Of a stretch of 64,000 nt of DNA, positions 9,129 through 20,177 are shown piece after piece (the first letter of the stretch is position 1; each line of letters begins with the position of its first letter). Both the position numbers and the translations under genes were made by a program. The stretch covers positions 2,400,001-2,464,000 of the forward strand of contig OY760686.1 of the NCBI GenBank assembly GCA_963663865.1, given 5' to 3'. The notes under the pieces were generated by a model that was not told the DNA's origin, made no database searches, and worked only from the letters and a program-made list of their open reading frames with translations. The DNA is from Spirochaetota bacterium. Lineage in GTDB: Bacteria > Spirochaetota > UBA4802 > UBA5550.

Positions 9129-10091
9129 TCATTTTACAGGTTTCCTGCTGGTATATTTCAGAAGATCCCTGACCGATTCATAGTCCCCGTCATTCCCCGC
9201 CACAAATCTGTCAATTCTCAGCTCATTAAGAACTGCTCTACCTTCTGATTTTTTATGAATGGATAAGAATAATGAACGGATTTTTCTCTTTAAATTATCT
9301 TTCATTGAAGGATGTACGACTACAGGAGGCATTCCGTAAGGAGCAGACTTCTCAACAATAATTGTATTGCTTACTGAAGCCGGATCTTTCGCTGCGATAA
9401 ACTCATAAATCAGCGAATCAACAGCAGCTCCGTCAGCAATACCCTTCGCAACTGCACGTATCGAATTATCATGACTGTTTGAAAAAAAAGTACTCTTAAA
9501 GAAAGTATCTGTACTGTATCCTTTTTTTCCGACATAGTATACCGGAACCATGTACCCAGTGTTTGACAATGGATCAGTAAAGGCAAAAGTCTTTCCCCTG
9601 AAGCAGTCAAAAGTTTTTATTCCACTTTTTTTCGACGCTATGAAATAGGAGTAGTAAACCTTCTCTCCGTTACAGACTGGGACAGCTACAATCTCCATGC
9701 CGAAGTCACGCTTCCCAAGAACATAAGGCCCGGAGCACACAAAAGCTATATCAATCTTCTTTTGCTTCATCATCATATTTACTTCAGAGTATGTCTTCCT
9801 CTGTATGAAATCGACACTCCTTCCCAGCTCTTTTCCGACCAGCTTCAACAGCTCGACATAGTGCTTATATGTAGTGGAAGGTGAAATCATTGCGGCTACT
9901 GCAATCCTCAAAGGATTTTTCGTATCATTATCATCATGGCCAGATTCTGACACCACGTCATTGAAATCAATCTTGAGACGTTCACCGGCGAGAAGCTGAC
10001 TGCGCCTGGTATCGCCAATAATGCTCCCCGAAGAAGTTAAGAATATAAAACAGAGTATTAACGACTTATGGTGTTTAGCAGTATTCCCCAT
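9129..10091 (-). CDS. PhnD-family phosphate/phosphonate-type substrate-binding protein
   Basis: AFVCSGPY, FAFTDPLSNTG, SHDNSIRAV, ADGAAVDS, PPVVVHP; start placed at ATG 10091 after GAGG. Confidence 0.85.
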   Translation of the reverse strand: MGNTAKHHKSLILCFIFLTSSGSIIGDTRRSQLLAGERLKIDFNDVVSESGHDDNDTKNPLRIAVAAMISPSTTYKHYVELLKLVGKELGRSVDFIQRKTYSEVNMMMKQKKIDIAFVCSGPYVLGKRDFGMEIVAVPVCNGEKVYYSYFIASKKSGIKTFDCFRGKTFAFTDPLSNTGYMVPVYYVGKKGYSTDTFFKSTFFSNSHDNSIRAVAKGIADGAAVDSLIYEFIAAKDPASVSNTIIVEKSAPYGMPPVVVHPSMKDNLKRKIRSLFLSIHKKSEGRAVLNELRIDRFVAGNDGDYESVRDLLKYTSRKPVK

Positions 10092-10403
10092 CACATCCTC
10101 TCGTGTGCGCAAACTTAGCTTAATTCGTTCAAAGATTAAATATTATTCAGACCATCATAATCAAAGAAAACTTTTCGAATTATATCACAGGGATAGATAT
10201 ATTACATTATTTTTTTCAATAACGAATGGAAGAACCATAGTTCCAATTTTTATAGCGAACTTTTCAAATGTTTTTATTTATTTTATATTTTATGTATTTT
10301 TAAAAGTTTTTTGACCACTTATTTTCATATTTTGTTGACACTATTATACATTAGATTTTTCTGACAGAGAAACCGCATTAATGGAACCGGAGGCAATCCG
10401 AAA

Positions 10404-11396
10404 ATGAACAGATCAAAATACATCGCGGCGTCCACAGCCGTCCTTGCACTGATAGCCTTTTTCGCCTGGTACGGACTCAAGCCGTCCCCGATGATTATTC
10501 AGGGAGAGGTTGTTGCTGTCGAAGCAAAGGCCGCTGCCAAATTAACCGCGAGAGTCAGGGAGATACTCGTCAAGGAAGGAGAAACGGTCAAGGCAGGCCA
10601 GCTCCTCCTGAGGCTTGAGAGCCCCGAAATAGAAGCAAAATATAAACAGGCCAACGCCGCTCGCAGGGCGGCCGCGGCCCAGAACGCACAGGCCCTATCC
10701 GGCGCGAGACGAGAGACAATTGAGGCCGCGAAAAGCACATGGCTCAAGGCGGAGGCCGCCGCTGAACTTGCCGCCAAAACATTTGAAAGAAGCAGAAGGC
10801 TTTTTGACGCCGGAGTCATCCCCGAACAGAAGATGGACGAGGCCGAAACAAACAGGAAGGCTGCTGAACTCACGGCCAGGGCCGCACGAGCCAATTATGA
10901 CATGGCTCTCACCGGCGCACGCGACGAGGAAAAAAACGCCGCCTCGGCGCTTTTCGACAGGGCCTCAGGAGCGGTTTCCGAGGTCGAATCGTTTCTAAGC
11001 GAAACCGAGCTCAGGGCCCCCATTGACGGAGAGGTCACGGAGATTATGCCCAACACCGGGGAGCTGATCTCAGCCGGATATCCGTCAGTTATTATCACCG
11101 ACCTCTCTGACATACATGTAAGAATAAATCTAAGGGAGGATATGCTGACAGAAATCCGGATGGGCAGCATTATAAGCGCAGGCTTCCCGGCCCTGGGAAG
11201 CCGGAAGATAAAGCTCAGAGTAACCTATATTGCTCCAATGGGAGAGTTCGCTGCGTGGCGTGCCACCAGAACCAGCGGAGATTTTGACATGAAGACCTTC
11301 GAGATCAAAGCTGAACCAGTGAGCCGTGTTGAGGGGCTCAGGCCGGGAATGACCGCCGTCATCAGCTGGCCTCAGGATATTGAAAAGGTAAAATAG
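10404..11396 (+). CDS. HlyD-family periplasmic adaptor (membrane fusion protein)
   Basis: N-terminal TM; VKEGETVKAGQLL lipoyl-like motif; coiled coil; LRAPIDGEV; GLRPGM. Confidence 0.9.
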   Translation: MNRSKYIAASTAVLALIAFFAWYGLKPSPMIIQGEVVAVEAKAAAKLTARVREILVKEGETVKAGQLLLRLESPEIEAKYKQANAARRAAAAQNAQALSGARRETIEAAKSTWLKAEAAAELAAKTFERSRRLFDAGVIPEQKMDEAETNRKAAELTARAARANYDMALTGARDEEKNAASALFDRASGAVSEVESFLSETELRAPIDGEVTEIMPNTGELISAGYPSVIITDLSDIHVRINLREDMLTEIRMGSIISAGFPALGSRKIKLRVTYIAPMGEFAAWRATRTSGDFDMKTFEIKAEPVSRVEGLRPGMTAVISWPQDIEKVK

Positions 11397-12584
11397 ATGA
11401 ACTGGTTCACCGCGTTCAGGACAGTCTTTACAAGAGAGATCAGAACAATTCTAAACACAAGGCTCATCTTTACATTGACCATTGTTCTTCCGCTTGTCTC
11501 ATTCGCTCTGTTTGCCGCTATGTTCATCAGGGGCAGCGTCAGAGACCTTCCCATAGCTGTTATGGATGAGGACTCCTCCTCCCTGTCGCGCAAAATAACA
11601 TCGTCGCTCGACGCTCTGCCCTCTATAAATGTCGCCGAAAGCGCATCCTCGCTTTACGAAGGCAGGAAGCTTATCGAACAGGGCAGAGTTTTCGCGCTCA
11701 TATATCTTCAGAAGAACCTGCATGCGAAGATGCTCAGGGGAGAATCGCCCGGCGTGGTCTGCTTCTACAGCAACCAGAACCAGGTCGCGGGCGGCACCAT
11801 GCTCAAAGATATCACCGGAACAATCAGAGCCATCTCGGGCGGCATACTCGCGGACAGCTTTACGATGGCAGGGGTCCCCTCAGACGCGGTGCGCGCGCTT
11901 GTTGAACCCGTGCGGGTTGACACCCATACCCTCTTCAATCCGTTTATGAGCTACCTCTACTATCTGGCTTCAAGCCTTATGCCTACAATGCTTCAGTTTT
12001 TTATTCTGATCTGTTCCATTTATTCGCTTGGCTGTGAGCTGAAAATGGGCACAGGCGCGGAAGTCTACTCGGCAGCAGGAGAGCGGATAAGCGCCGTCAT
12101 TGCCGGAAAGCTTTTCCCATACACTGTCATCTTTGTGACCCTTGGCATGTTCATGCTTGCACTTTTCTTTTCATTTCTGAAATTTCCCTTAAAGGGCAGC
12201 CCCGCCCTCATAGCAGGGGCCACAGTTCTTCTCGTTATTGCTTATCAGTCTGTCGCTGTATTCTACGTTTCAATAAGCGGAAAGCTTATCATGGCGCTGC
12301 TCTCAGCATCATTCTACGCGAGCACGGCATTTACGTTTATCGGCATGACATTCCCCTACATCTCAATGTACTGGCCGGCGCAGCTATGGGCCAACCTGCT
12401 GCCTCTGTACCATTACACAAAGATATACATGGATTCCGCGCTAAAGGGCCTCCCAATTAATTACACGGCCGCATCGTTTATGGCTCTCTTTGCCTTTATA
12501 TTGCTGCCGCTTTTGACGGCCCCGAGGCTTCGCAGGCTTTACAGGGAATCATCGTTTCCAGAATGCCGGGGAGGACTCAGTTGA
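11397..12584 (+). CDS. ABC-2 type permease (YbhS/YbhR-like)
   Basis: DLPIAVMDEDSSSLSR, LFNPFMSY, multiple TM helices. Confidence 0.88.
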   Translation: MNWFTAFRTVFTREIRTILNTRLIFTLTIVLPLVSFALFAAMFIRGSVRDLPIAVMDEDSSSLSRKITSSLDALPSINVAESASSLYEGRKLIEQGRVFALIYLQKNLHAKMLRGESPGVVCFYSNQNQVAGGTMLKDITGTIRAISGGILADSFTMAGVPSDAVRALVEPVRVDTHTLFNPFMSYLYYLASSLMPTMLQFFILICSIYSLGCELKMGTGAEVYSAAGERISAVIAGKLFPYTVIFVTLGMFMLALFFSFLKFPLKGSPALIAGATVLLVIAYQSVAVFYVSISGKLIMALLSASFYASTAFTFIGMTFPYISMYWPAQLWANLLPLYHYTKIYMDSALKGLPINYTAASFMALFAFILLPLLTAPRLRRLYRESSFPECRGGLS

Positions 12585-13771
12585 TAAGATACATCCTTAA
12601 AATAATAAGACCTGAAATGATTTTTGCCGTTATGGTCCGCGAATACAAACGGATTGGTTCGGATATCGCCGTTATTACGCTTTTCCTTGGAGTACAGATT
12701 CTTTATCCGATCATCTACCCGCTGGGCTTCTACGGCGGTCACGCCAATGTAAGGGAACTCCCGGTCGCCGTAGTTGACCTGGACAAGTCAGCTGCTTCCC
12801 GTCAGTTCATATCAATGGCTGACGCGAATGAGAACATTGAAGTCCGTTATAGACAGGAGTCACTCTCCGAGGCCGTCAGTCTTTTCAACTCGGGCAAAGC
12901 AAGCGGAATAATTGTTATACCCGGGGAATTTTCGCGCAACATCTACAACGCTGAACAGGCGGCAGTGTCCGTCTACTGCGACGCAAGCCTTTTTTACATC
13001 TACAAGCAGGTACTTCTCGGCGTAAAAACAACGGCAGGATACATGTCTGCCGGAGTGCAGATCAAGCGCCTCACCGCAAAGGGCATGTCTTCCGCAGAGG
13101 CCGCTCGCAGGAGAGACCCGCTGCCCTTAATCTCTTACCCGCTGTATAATCCTTCCAGCTCCTATATGGACTATCTTCTTCCGGGAGTTCTTCTGATGAT
13201 TCTTCAGCAGACGCTGATAATCGGAATAGGCACCTTAGCCGGCATATCGCGGGAAAGCGGCGATCTTTCACAGGAGAGAGAGCAAATCAGTCAATATGGT
13301 CTCTTAAGGTTCATCATTGGCCGTGCATCAGCATATCTCTCCATATTCATTCTACACTCGTTCTATTTCTTCACTGCAGTTTTTAAATTCCATTCACTGC
13401 CGATGAAGACCGGCATATTGAGCCTTATGCTCTTTACGCTTCCATTTCTAACTGCCTCAGTGTTTCTCGGAATGTCACTATCCGTCTTTTTCCAAAAGAG
13501 AGAATCCGCGCTGATGATAATGCTGTTCAGCACCATCCCGCTTTTTCTTTTAAGCGGATACAGCTGGCCCCTGTTCTGCATGCCCGCTCCGCTTCAGATA
13601 ATCTCTCAGATAATTCCGTCAACCCCAGGGCTGGCCGGCTATACTCGAATGACATCTATGGGCGCGACTTTCAGCGACGTTCTACCGGAATGGCTCTCAT
13701 TGTTCTCTCTGAGCCTTGTTTACTTTTTAACGACTTATTTTCTCTTCAGGAGGTTATATAAAGCATCATGA
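12563..13771 (+). CDS. ABC-2 type permease, second paralogue
   Basis: ELPVAVVDLDKS, LYNPSSSY, LSGYSWP, IPSTPG; exact start uncertain (TTG 12581 possible). Confidence 0.88.
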   Translation: MPGRTQLIRYILKIIRPEMIFAVMVREYKRIGSDIAVITLFLGVQILYPIIYPLGFYGGHANVRELPVAVVDLDKSAASRQFISMADANENIEVRYRQESLSEAVSLFNSGKASGIIVIPGEFSRNIYNAEQAAVSVYCDASLFYIYKQVLLGVKTTAGYMSAGVQIKRLTAKGMSSAEAARRRDPLPLISYPLYNPSSSYMDYLLPGVLLMILQQTLIIGIGTLAGISRESGDLSQEREQISQYGLLRFIIGRASAYLSIFILHSFYFFTAVFKFHSLPMKTGILSLMLFTLPFLTASVFLGMSLSVFFQKRESALMIMLFSTIPLFLLSGYSWPLFCMPAPLQIISQIIPSTPGLAGYTRMTSMGATFSDVLPEWLSLFSLSLVYFLTTYFLFRRLYKAS

Positions 13772-15270
13772 TATATTTTAGATACACTCACCTCAGGTTC
13801 CTTCTAACGGCGTTTCTGGCAGCCTCATGTTTCACAGTTTTCGCCGGAGATGTGTACGCGGAGGAAGGCGTGCCTCTTGACTTCGACGAAGCAGTACTGA
13901 TAATGATGCAGTCAAACCAGCTCCTCAATGCGGCAAAGCAGGAAAGCGAAAAAACATCATATGAAATCAACGCCGCCAGAGGTCTCTTCTTTCCGAAGAT
14001 TGATTTAATGTTCACATATACGCACCTGAGCGGCCCCATACAGATGGATTTCAACCCTCTGAAGGAAGCCATGATCGGTCTGTCATCGCAGGCATACGCC
14101 GCTAACGCGGCGGCAAACGCCGGGTACGCGGGCGACAGCAGTGTGATCTCACAGTACGCAGAGGCCTTTGCTGCACAGGCTCATGCCAACCCTGAGCTCG
14201 CGGATTCACACTTCATCGAAACGGTACAGAAACAGGACTTCTGGATGGCGGCGGCTGCAATAAGACAGCCGATATTTACCGGCGGAAAGATTATCGCGGC
14301 GAACAGGGCGGCTGAAGCAAGGCACAGGGTATCACATTACAAAGTTGCCTATACGGAAAACTTTCTGATTTCCCAGCTTGTTCAGAGGTACTACGGATAC
14401 AGCCTCGCTCTGAAGGTTGTTGATGTAAGAACCGAGGCGCTTGAAGGAATACAAAAGCACGCTGAAGATGCAAGGGCCATGTTCGCCAACGGCGTAATCT
14501 CCAAAGCTGAACTCCTTCACGCCGAAGTGGCTCTTACCGAAGCCAACCGCGAGCTGGTAAGGTCTAAAAGAGACGCTGACACCGCGCTGGCCGGGCTGAA
14601 AAACACACTCTCGACTTCCGGGAATGTCATTCCAGGGTCAGAGCTATTCTTTGTTGATAAAATACAGCCTGTAGAATACTTCCGGCAGAAGGCTCTTGAA
14701 AAAAATCCGGTTCTACTTCAACTTACAGCAAACAGAGACCTCGCTCATCAGGGCTATATGAAGGAGCTTGCCGGTATGTCTCCAGACATATTTCTTTTCG
14801 GATCAATGAACCTCTACGAGCATAATCTGACAAGATATGCTCCCGACTGGTTCGTTGGCGCCGGGGCCAAATACACATTATTCGAAGGAATGAAAAACTA
14901 CAATGAAATCAGAGCCGCAAAGGCAACCGAGAAACAGGTTGAAAGCGCCCTAAAAAAAGCAAGGCTGGATATCAATACACTTGTTGAAAAAAACTACAAT
15001 GAGCTGATCAACGACGTTGAACAGCTGAAGAGTTTTTCAACCTCGCTGGAATTCGCCAATGAATTTCTGAGAGTAAGGGAAAAGGCCTTCAAGGAAGGCT
15101 TCGCCGCTTCCGCGGATGTTGTGGACGCACGGCTGAACCTTTCAAAAGTCACTATTGAAAAGCTCCAGGCAATGTACCAGTTCGACCTCTCGCTTGCCAG
15201 GCTTCTCGAAGCCTGCGGCATTAGCAATGATTTTGATGCCTATAGAAGTAAAGCACTAAATATTGAATAA
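13768..15270 (+). CDS. TolC-family outer membrane efflux protein
   Basis: ARGLFFPKIDL, QPIFTGGKI, FKEGFAASADVVDA; ATGA overlap with upstream permease. Confidence 0.9.
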   Translation: MIYFRYTHLRFLLTAFLAASCFTVFAGDVYAEEGVPLDFDEAVLIMMQSNQLLNAAKQESEKTSYEINAARGLFFPKIDLMFTYTHLSGPIQMDFNPLKEAMIGLSSQAYAANAAANAGYAGDSSVISQYAEAFAAQAHANPELADSHFIETVQKQDFWMAAAAIRQPIFTGGKIIAANRAAEARHRVSHYKVAYTENFLISQLVQRYYGYSLALKVVDVRTEALEGIQKHAEDARAMFANGVISKAELLHAEVALTEANRELVRSKRDADTALAGLKNTLSTSGNVIPGSELFFVDKIQPVEYFRQKALEKNPVLLQLTANRDLAHQGYMKELAGMSPDIFLFGSMNLYEHNLTRYAPDWFVGAGAKYTLFEGMKNYNEIRAAKATEKQVESALKKARLDINTLVEKNYNELINDVEQLKSFSTSLEFANEFLRVREKAFKEGFAASADVVDARLNLSKVTIEKLQAMYQFDLSLARLLEACGISNDFDAYRSKALNIE

Positions 15271-15299
15271 ACAGAAAGGGCCGCCCTGGAGGCGGCCCT
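15268..15299 (-). terminator. Terminator hairpin between tolC-like gene and hppA
   Basis: AGGGCCGCC-CTGGA-GGCGGCCCT with upstream A-rich tract (U-rich on minus strand). Confidence 0.65.
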
Positions 15300-15320
15300 G
15301 AAGAGTTAACATATTGTGAA

Positions 15321-17645
15321 TTAGAAACCAAGCCACTCTGAGATAGCCGGTGAGTACTTCACTATAACACCGGCAAAAACCACAGAGACCATAGTCATGA
15401 GTTTTATCAGAATGTTGAGTGAAGGTCCTGATGTGTCTTTGAACGGATCGCCTACAGTATCGCCCACTACAGCAGCTTTGTGGCTGTCAGAACCCTTTCC
15501 TCCATGATTGCCCTTCTCGATAAACTTCTTTGCATTGTCCCACGCGCCGCCGGAGTTGTTCAACAGACAGGCAAGTGAGAATCCGGCGGTTAGGCCGCCG
15601 ACGAGAAGACCCATTACACCCGGGACCCCCAGGAAAAGCCCTGTTACAACCGGAATAACTATAGCCATAAGGGACGGAACGAGCATCTCCTTCTGCGCTC
15701 CTGCCGTCGAGATTGCAACACATCGCGCGTAATCAGGCTTATCCTTTCCAGTCAGAATGCCCGGAAGTTCCCTGAACTGTCTCCTCACCTCGTCGATCAT
15801 CGCGCCTGCTGCCCTTCCGACTGCCTTCATGGTCATGGCACTGAAGAGGAAAGCCATCATTGCGCCCAGGAAGATACCGCAGAGCACCTTTGGATTCATA
15901 AGGGTGATATCGTATGCCCTGGTAAAATCGCTGATCTTAGCGAAATGTGCAAGTATGTTGTTTGCGTCAGCAGTAACTCCTTCCGGGAGTATGTTGTAAA
16001 ACTTGATTTCGCCTACCTGAACAAAGCCCTGTCCCGCGAGCTTGCCAAGCCATATCTTGATCTCTTCAAGATAGGCGGAAAGCAGAGCAAGAGCGGTGAG
16101 TGCAGCTGAACCGATCGCGAACCCTTTTCCTGTCGCGGCTGTCGTGTTGCCAAGCATGTCAAGGGCGTCTGTTCTCTGACGAACCTCAGGCCCGAGACCG
16201 CTCATCTCCGCGTTGCCGCCCGCATTGTCGGCTATAGGCCCATAGGCATCTGTAGCAAGCGTAATACCGAGTGTTGAAAGCATACCGACTGCGGCAAATC
16301 CTATACCGTAAAGCCCCATGGCCATGCTTTCAAAGCCGCCGGAAACACCGTACGCGACCAGAATACCGACCACTATCGTGAAAACCGGAATAGCTGTTGA
16401 ATACATTCCTGTTGCGATACCTTCAATGATTGTTGTCGCATAACCCATCTTTGTCTGTTCAGCGATACCCTGTGTTGGCTTGTACTCGTCCGATGTATAA
16501 TATTCAGTAGACTGTCCAATTATCAGACCGGCAATAAGTCCTGTCACTACCGCTCCAAATATTCCCCATGTAATAAAATCGGTGTATGCCATAAAAGCGA
16601 TAGCCGCAAGAATCAATGCCGAGCTGCCCCATACGCCGATATTCAGCGATCTGAGCAGGTTCTTCATTGTTGCATCTTCCTTTGTTCGGACGGCGAATAT
16701 ACCGAGAACAGAGAAAACTATGCCGAGGCCGGCGACAATCATCGGAGCTATAACAGCCTTAAGGCCTCCAATCCCGCCGCTGAGAGGAAGGGCTGCTCCA
16801 AGGGCCGCGGTCGCGAGTATTGATCCGCAGTAGGACTCGTACAGGTCGGCGCCCATACCTGCCACGTCACCGACATTATCCCCCACATTGTCCGCTATAG
16901 TAGCCGGGTTTCTGGGGTCGTCTTCAGGAATACCTGCCTCTACCTTCCCGACCAGGTCAGCACCAACGTCCGCCGCTTTGGTAAAAATACCTCCGCCGAC
17001 CCTGGCGAAAAGGGCCTGAGTTGAAGCACCCATACCGAATGTAATCATGGTCGTTGTTATCTCAACAAGCTTGGCTTTCTGGAACTCCGCGGTACTGATG
17101 AGATCCATGCTGAAAACGCTTGCAGACTCTATCTTGTGCATCAGCACCTGGCTAACGCCCCATATATTGTTATCGTAGAAGAAGTTTAGAAGGATATACC
17201 ACGCGGAAATATCAATGAGGCCAAAGCCGACAACAACGAGCCCCATAACAGCTCCTGAACGGAAGGCCACTTTCAATCCTGAATTAAGCGATTTGGAAGC
17301 TCCCTGCGCTGTTCTTGAAGAAGCGTTTGTAGCGGTGCGCATTCCAAGATATCCGCAAAGTCCCGAGAAAAAACCGCCAGTAAGAAAGGCTACCGGGACA
17401 AAGGGGTTCTGAACGCCCAAAAAGGCAAGCACTGTGAATATAACCAGAAGGATGAGAAACACTATTGAAACGACCTTGTATTGCCTGTATAGATAAGCGA
17501 GAGCGCCCTCTCTGACGTGACCGGCAATCTCTACCATTTTCGCGTTACCCTCATCGGATTTCATCATGGATTTATAAAAAATCCACGCGAAAAGCAGAGC
17601 CACTATTGAGCCGATCGGCGCAATATAAAACAAACTGTTTTCCAT
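15321..17645 (-). CDS. hppA: Membrane-bound ion-translocating pyrophosphatase, K+-dependent, probably Na+,H+-PPase subfamily
   Basis: DVGADLVGKVE, DNVGDNVGD, GNTTAA (Ala at the K+-dependence position), GGAWDNAKK, GDPFKDTSGP. Confidence 0.95.
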   Translation of the reverse strand: MENSLFYIAPIGSIVALLFAWIFYKSMMKSDEGNAKMVEIAGHVREGALAYLYRQYKVVSIVFLILLVIFTVLAFLGVQNPFVPVAFLTGGFFSGLCGYLGMRTATNASSRTAQGASKSLNSGLKVAFRSGAVMGLVVVGFGLIDISAWYILLNFFYDNNIWGVSQVLMHKIESASVFSMDLISTAEFQKAKLVEITTTMITFGMGASTQALFARVGGGIFTKAADVGADLVGKVEAGIPEDDPRNPATIADNVGDNVGDVAGMGADLYESYCGSILATAALGAALPLSGGIGGLKAVIAPMIVAGLGIVFSVLGIFAVRTKEDATMKNLLRSLNIGVWGSSALILAAIAFMAYTDFITWGIFGAVVTGLIAGLIIGQSTEYYTSDEYKPTQGIAEQTKMGYATTIIEGIATGMYSTAIPVFTIVVGILVAYGVSGGFESMAMGLYGIGFAAVGMLSTLGITLATDAYGPIADNAGGNAEMSGLGPEVRQRTDALDMLGNTTAATGKGFAIGSAALTALALLSAYLEEIKIWLGKLAGQGFVQVGEIKFYNILPEGVTADANNILAHFAKISDFTRAYDITLMNPKVLCGIFLGAMMAFLFSAMTMKAVGRAAGAMIDEVRRQFRELPGILTGKDKPDYARCVAISTAGAQKEMLVPSLMAIVIPVVTGLFLGVPGVMGLLVGGLTAGFSLACLLNNSGGAWDNAKKFIEKGNHGGKGSDSHKAAVVGDTVGDPFKDTSGPSLNILIKLMTMVSVVFAGVIVKYSPAISEWLGF

Positions 17646-18103
17646 AAATGTTCCACTCCTTTAATTGTATTTGTTTTAATCGTATATAAAACATCTTCCG
17701 GTTAACCCGGCACGAATAAACAACAGGAATCTCTGAATGCCCGTAATTAAGAAATGAAAGGACGTTTCTGAAGGACATGCCAGAGGAGTGAATTACACAA
17801 GGTCAAAATCAATATCTTTTAACTAAACGGAATCTCCTGAAATTAAAATCACATATTAAAAACTAAAACAGGGATTAGGGATGTCAAGTTATTTTCGATA
17901 AGGACTGCCAATAGATTCTCTGAATTAGGCGTATATCACATGAGATCTTATCGATCCATGCAAAACTGATTTGATAACAGGATAATTCTGAAAACTACTT
18001 TACCGCTATATAAAGCAGATTGTTGCTGAAACGGCCAAATACTAAATACAGCATTATCAACTCCAAATCAATAAATCAGACAGCAGAAGCACGGATTTTT
18101 GTT

Positions 18104-18132
18104 TTGACTTTTCACATTCTCCAGACTAAAAT
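18104..18132 (+). promoter_or_regulatory. Sigma70-like promoter of MCP gene
   Basis: TTGACT-N17-TAAAAT upstream of GGAGG RBS. Confidence 0.55.
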
Positions 18133-18155
18133 CATAATCGCCTGGAGGCGATTAC

Positions 18156-20159
18156 ATGAAATCAATTAGAACAAAGATGATCGTGCTTTTTGGACTCTCA
18201 ATGTTTGTGCTCATGTCCCTTACGGCCGCTGTCATAGTCTATCGTGTAAATTCAACTTTCATTCCCTATGCGGAGGAATCGGCAGGAAGGATCGGCGAAG
18301 CTCGTTCTGATGAAATTGGAGAACTGCTCAATAGTTACATGAGAGAAATCAAGTCTCTTTCGAAGCTTGATGCTTTCATATCAGGTAATATAAATACCGC
18401 TAAAGACTTATTCAAAAACATTACACAGGATTATAACAGTGATTTTGACTACCTCATATATGCCATCCCTTCCGGAAGGTTGGTTACCAGCCTCCTGGCA
18501 GAAACGGATGTAACTGACAGGGATTATTTCAAGGCAATAATTGTTGAAGGAAAGGATTCATTTACGAGTATGCCGGCAATCTCTAGAACAACAAAACGTC
18601 AGGTGTTTTATGTGGTATCATCAGTCAAAAACGCAGCTGGAAAAACCGTTGCTCTTCTCGGCGCAACGGTGAAACTTGATACTTTGACACAAATCGCTTC
18701 CAGAATCAAAATCGGGGAAGCCGGTTACGGGTGGCTTGCTGACGGGACAGGTTTAATGATAGCCCACCCTGACAAGAAAGCGATTATGAAACTCAATTTA
18801 TTAAAAGCTTCAGATTTCGGATACGTTAATCTTGATTCTGTCGGCAAAAACATTGTGAACGGCAAACAGGGTATTTCAAATATCGTTTTGCCCGACGGAA
18901 GAAAGGCTGTAACCATTTACAACCCTGTCAAAAACTCTCCAAACTGGTCGCTTGGTATAACAATACCCAGATCAGAGCTGTTATCCAGAGGCTATTCTCT
19001 TCTTAACACCATCCTTATAATTATCTCTATTATTATCGCATGTGTTATTGCTGTTATACTGATTCTGGCTAAATACATTTCAGACCCTTTAAGAGCATCT
19101 GCCGAACACATTGAACGGATTGGTAACGGAGACTTAACAATTACAGTCAGTGAGAAGTCAATGAGCTTCCAGGATGAACTGGGCATAATCTCAAGAGCCA
19201 TCAGCAAAACCGTTTCGTCAATCAAAACCATGATTGAGAATGTCCAGGTTCACGCCTCAGAGCTGACAGATTCATCCCGCGAAATGAAAAACACAGCTGT
19301 CTCATTCGCGGACAATGCGCAGAATTCTGCTTCAGCGCTGGAAGAACTCACAGCTGCCGTTGAAGAAATCTCGGCGGGTATGGACTCTGTTACTGCAAAC
19401 GCCGATGTCCAGACATATAAACTGAATGAGCTGATGAGCAAGATGGAAAACCTTACTTCAGTAGTCAGCAAAATGGGCGAGTTAATTAATGGGGCTCTTG
19501 AAAGAGGAAAAGACATTTCCAGAATGTCCGGAGAGGGGGCACTTGTACTGGAAGCAATGAACAAATCAATGGCCGCCATCACGGAAAGTTCAGGAGACAT
19601 GGTAAGCATTATAAAAATCATCAATGATATCTCTGAGCAGATAAATCTCCTGTCTTTGAACGCAGCAATCGAAGCTGCCAGGGCCGGAGAAGCCGGTCGC
19701 GGATTCGCTGTAGTTGCAGATGAAATCTCAAAACTTGCGGACCAGACCTCGCTCAGTCTGAAAGACATCGACAGGCTTATCAAGGAAAACGGGGAAGAAA
19801 TCAACCGAGGGAAGGAAACGATTGAGATTACCACAAGTACAATTCGCTCAATTACCGGTGCGATTGATTCTATCACAGCAAATATCGGCATGATATCAGA
19901 GCAGATGGATATTCAGACTGCTATTTATGGTGAAGTCCAAAATGGAGCAGGTTTTGTTAAATACAGTTCAGAAGAGATAACAAACTCTATGGGTGAACAA
20001 AAAACAGCGATGAGAGAAATAATGCAGTCTGTAGCCGACATAAACGATACAACTCAGCAAAACGCCGCGGGGGCCGAGGAGATGTCCGGCTCAATGGAGA
20101 ATCTTTCTTCGCTTGCAGTGAAGCTTTACCAGGAATTAGGCATTTTCAAGGTTAAGTAA
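18156..20159 (+). CDS. Methyl-accepting chemotaxis protein with dCache sensor
   Basis: 2 TM; DRDYF and IGEAGYGWL...IAHPD Cache motifs; HAMP; [30 protein letters not shown]. Confidence 0.93.
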   Translation: MKSIRTKMIVLFGLSMFVLMSLTAAVIVYRVNSTFIPYAEESAGRIGEARSDEIGELLNSYMREIKSLSKLDAFISGNINTAKDLFKNITQDYNSDFDYLIYAIPSGRLVTSLLAETDVTDRDYFKAIIVEGKDSFTSMPAISRTTKRQVFYVVSSVKNAAGKTVALLGATVKLDTLTQIASRIKIGEAGYGWLADGTGLMIAHPDKKAIMKLNLLKASDFGYVNLDSVGKNIVNGKQGISNIVLPDGRKAVTIYNPVKNSPNWSLGITIPRSELLSRGYSLLNTILIIISIIIACVIAVILILAKYISDPLRASAEHIERIGNGDLTITVSEKSMSFQDELGIISRAISKTVSSIKTMIENVQVHASELTDSSREMKNTAVSFADNAQNSASALEELTAAVEEISAGMDSVTANADVQTYKLNELMSKMENLTSVVSKMGELINGALERGKDISRMSGEGALVLEAMNKSMAAITESSGDMVSIIKIINDISEQINLLSLNAAIEAARAGEAGRGFAVVADEISKLADQTSLSLKDIDRLIKENGEEINRGKETIEITTSTIRSITGAIDSITANIGMISEQMDIQTAIYGEVQNGAGFVKYSSEEITNSMGEQKTAMREIMQSVADINDTTQQNAAGAEEMSGSMENLSSLAVKLYQELGIFKVK

Positions 20160-20177
20160 TAATCTTTCAGATTAAGA

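Noticed and set aside
17646-18100. Long intergenic region upstream of hppA as a possible Na+, fluoride or c-di-AMP riboswitch
   Set aside because: No recognisable consensus or terminator; it is explained by divergent promoters. An Rfam scan would settle it
19250-19891. Long antisense ORFs inside MCP genes (also 26651-27013 and 61697-62206) that resemble each other
   Set aside because: They are shadows of the conserved MCP signalling domain on the opposite strand
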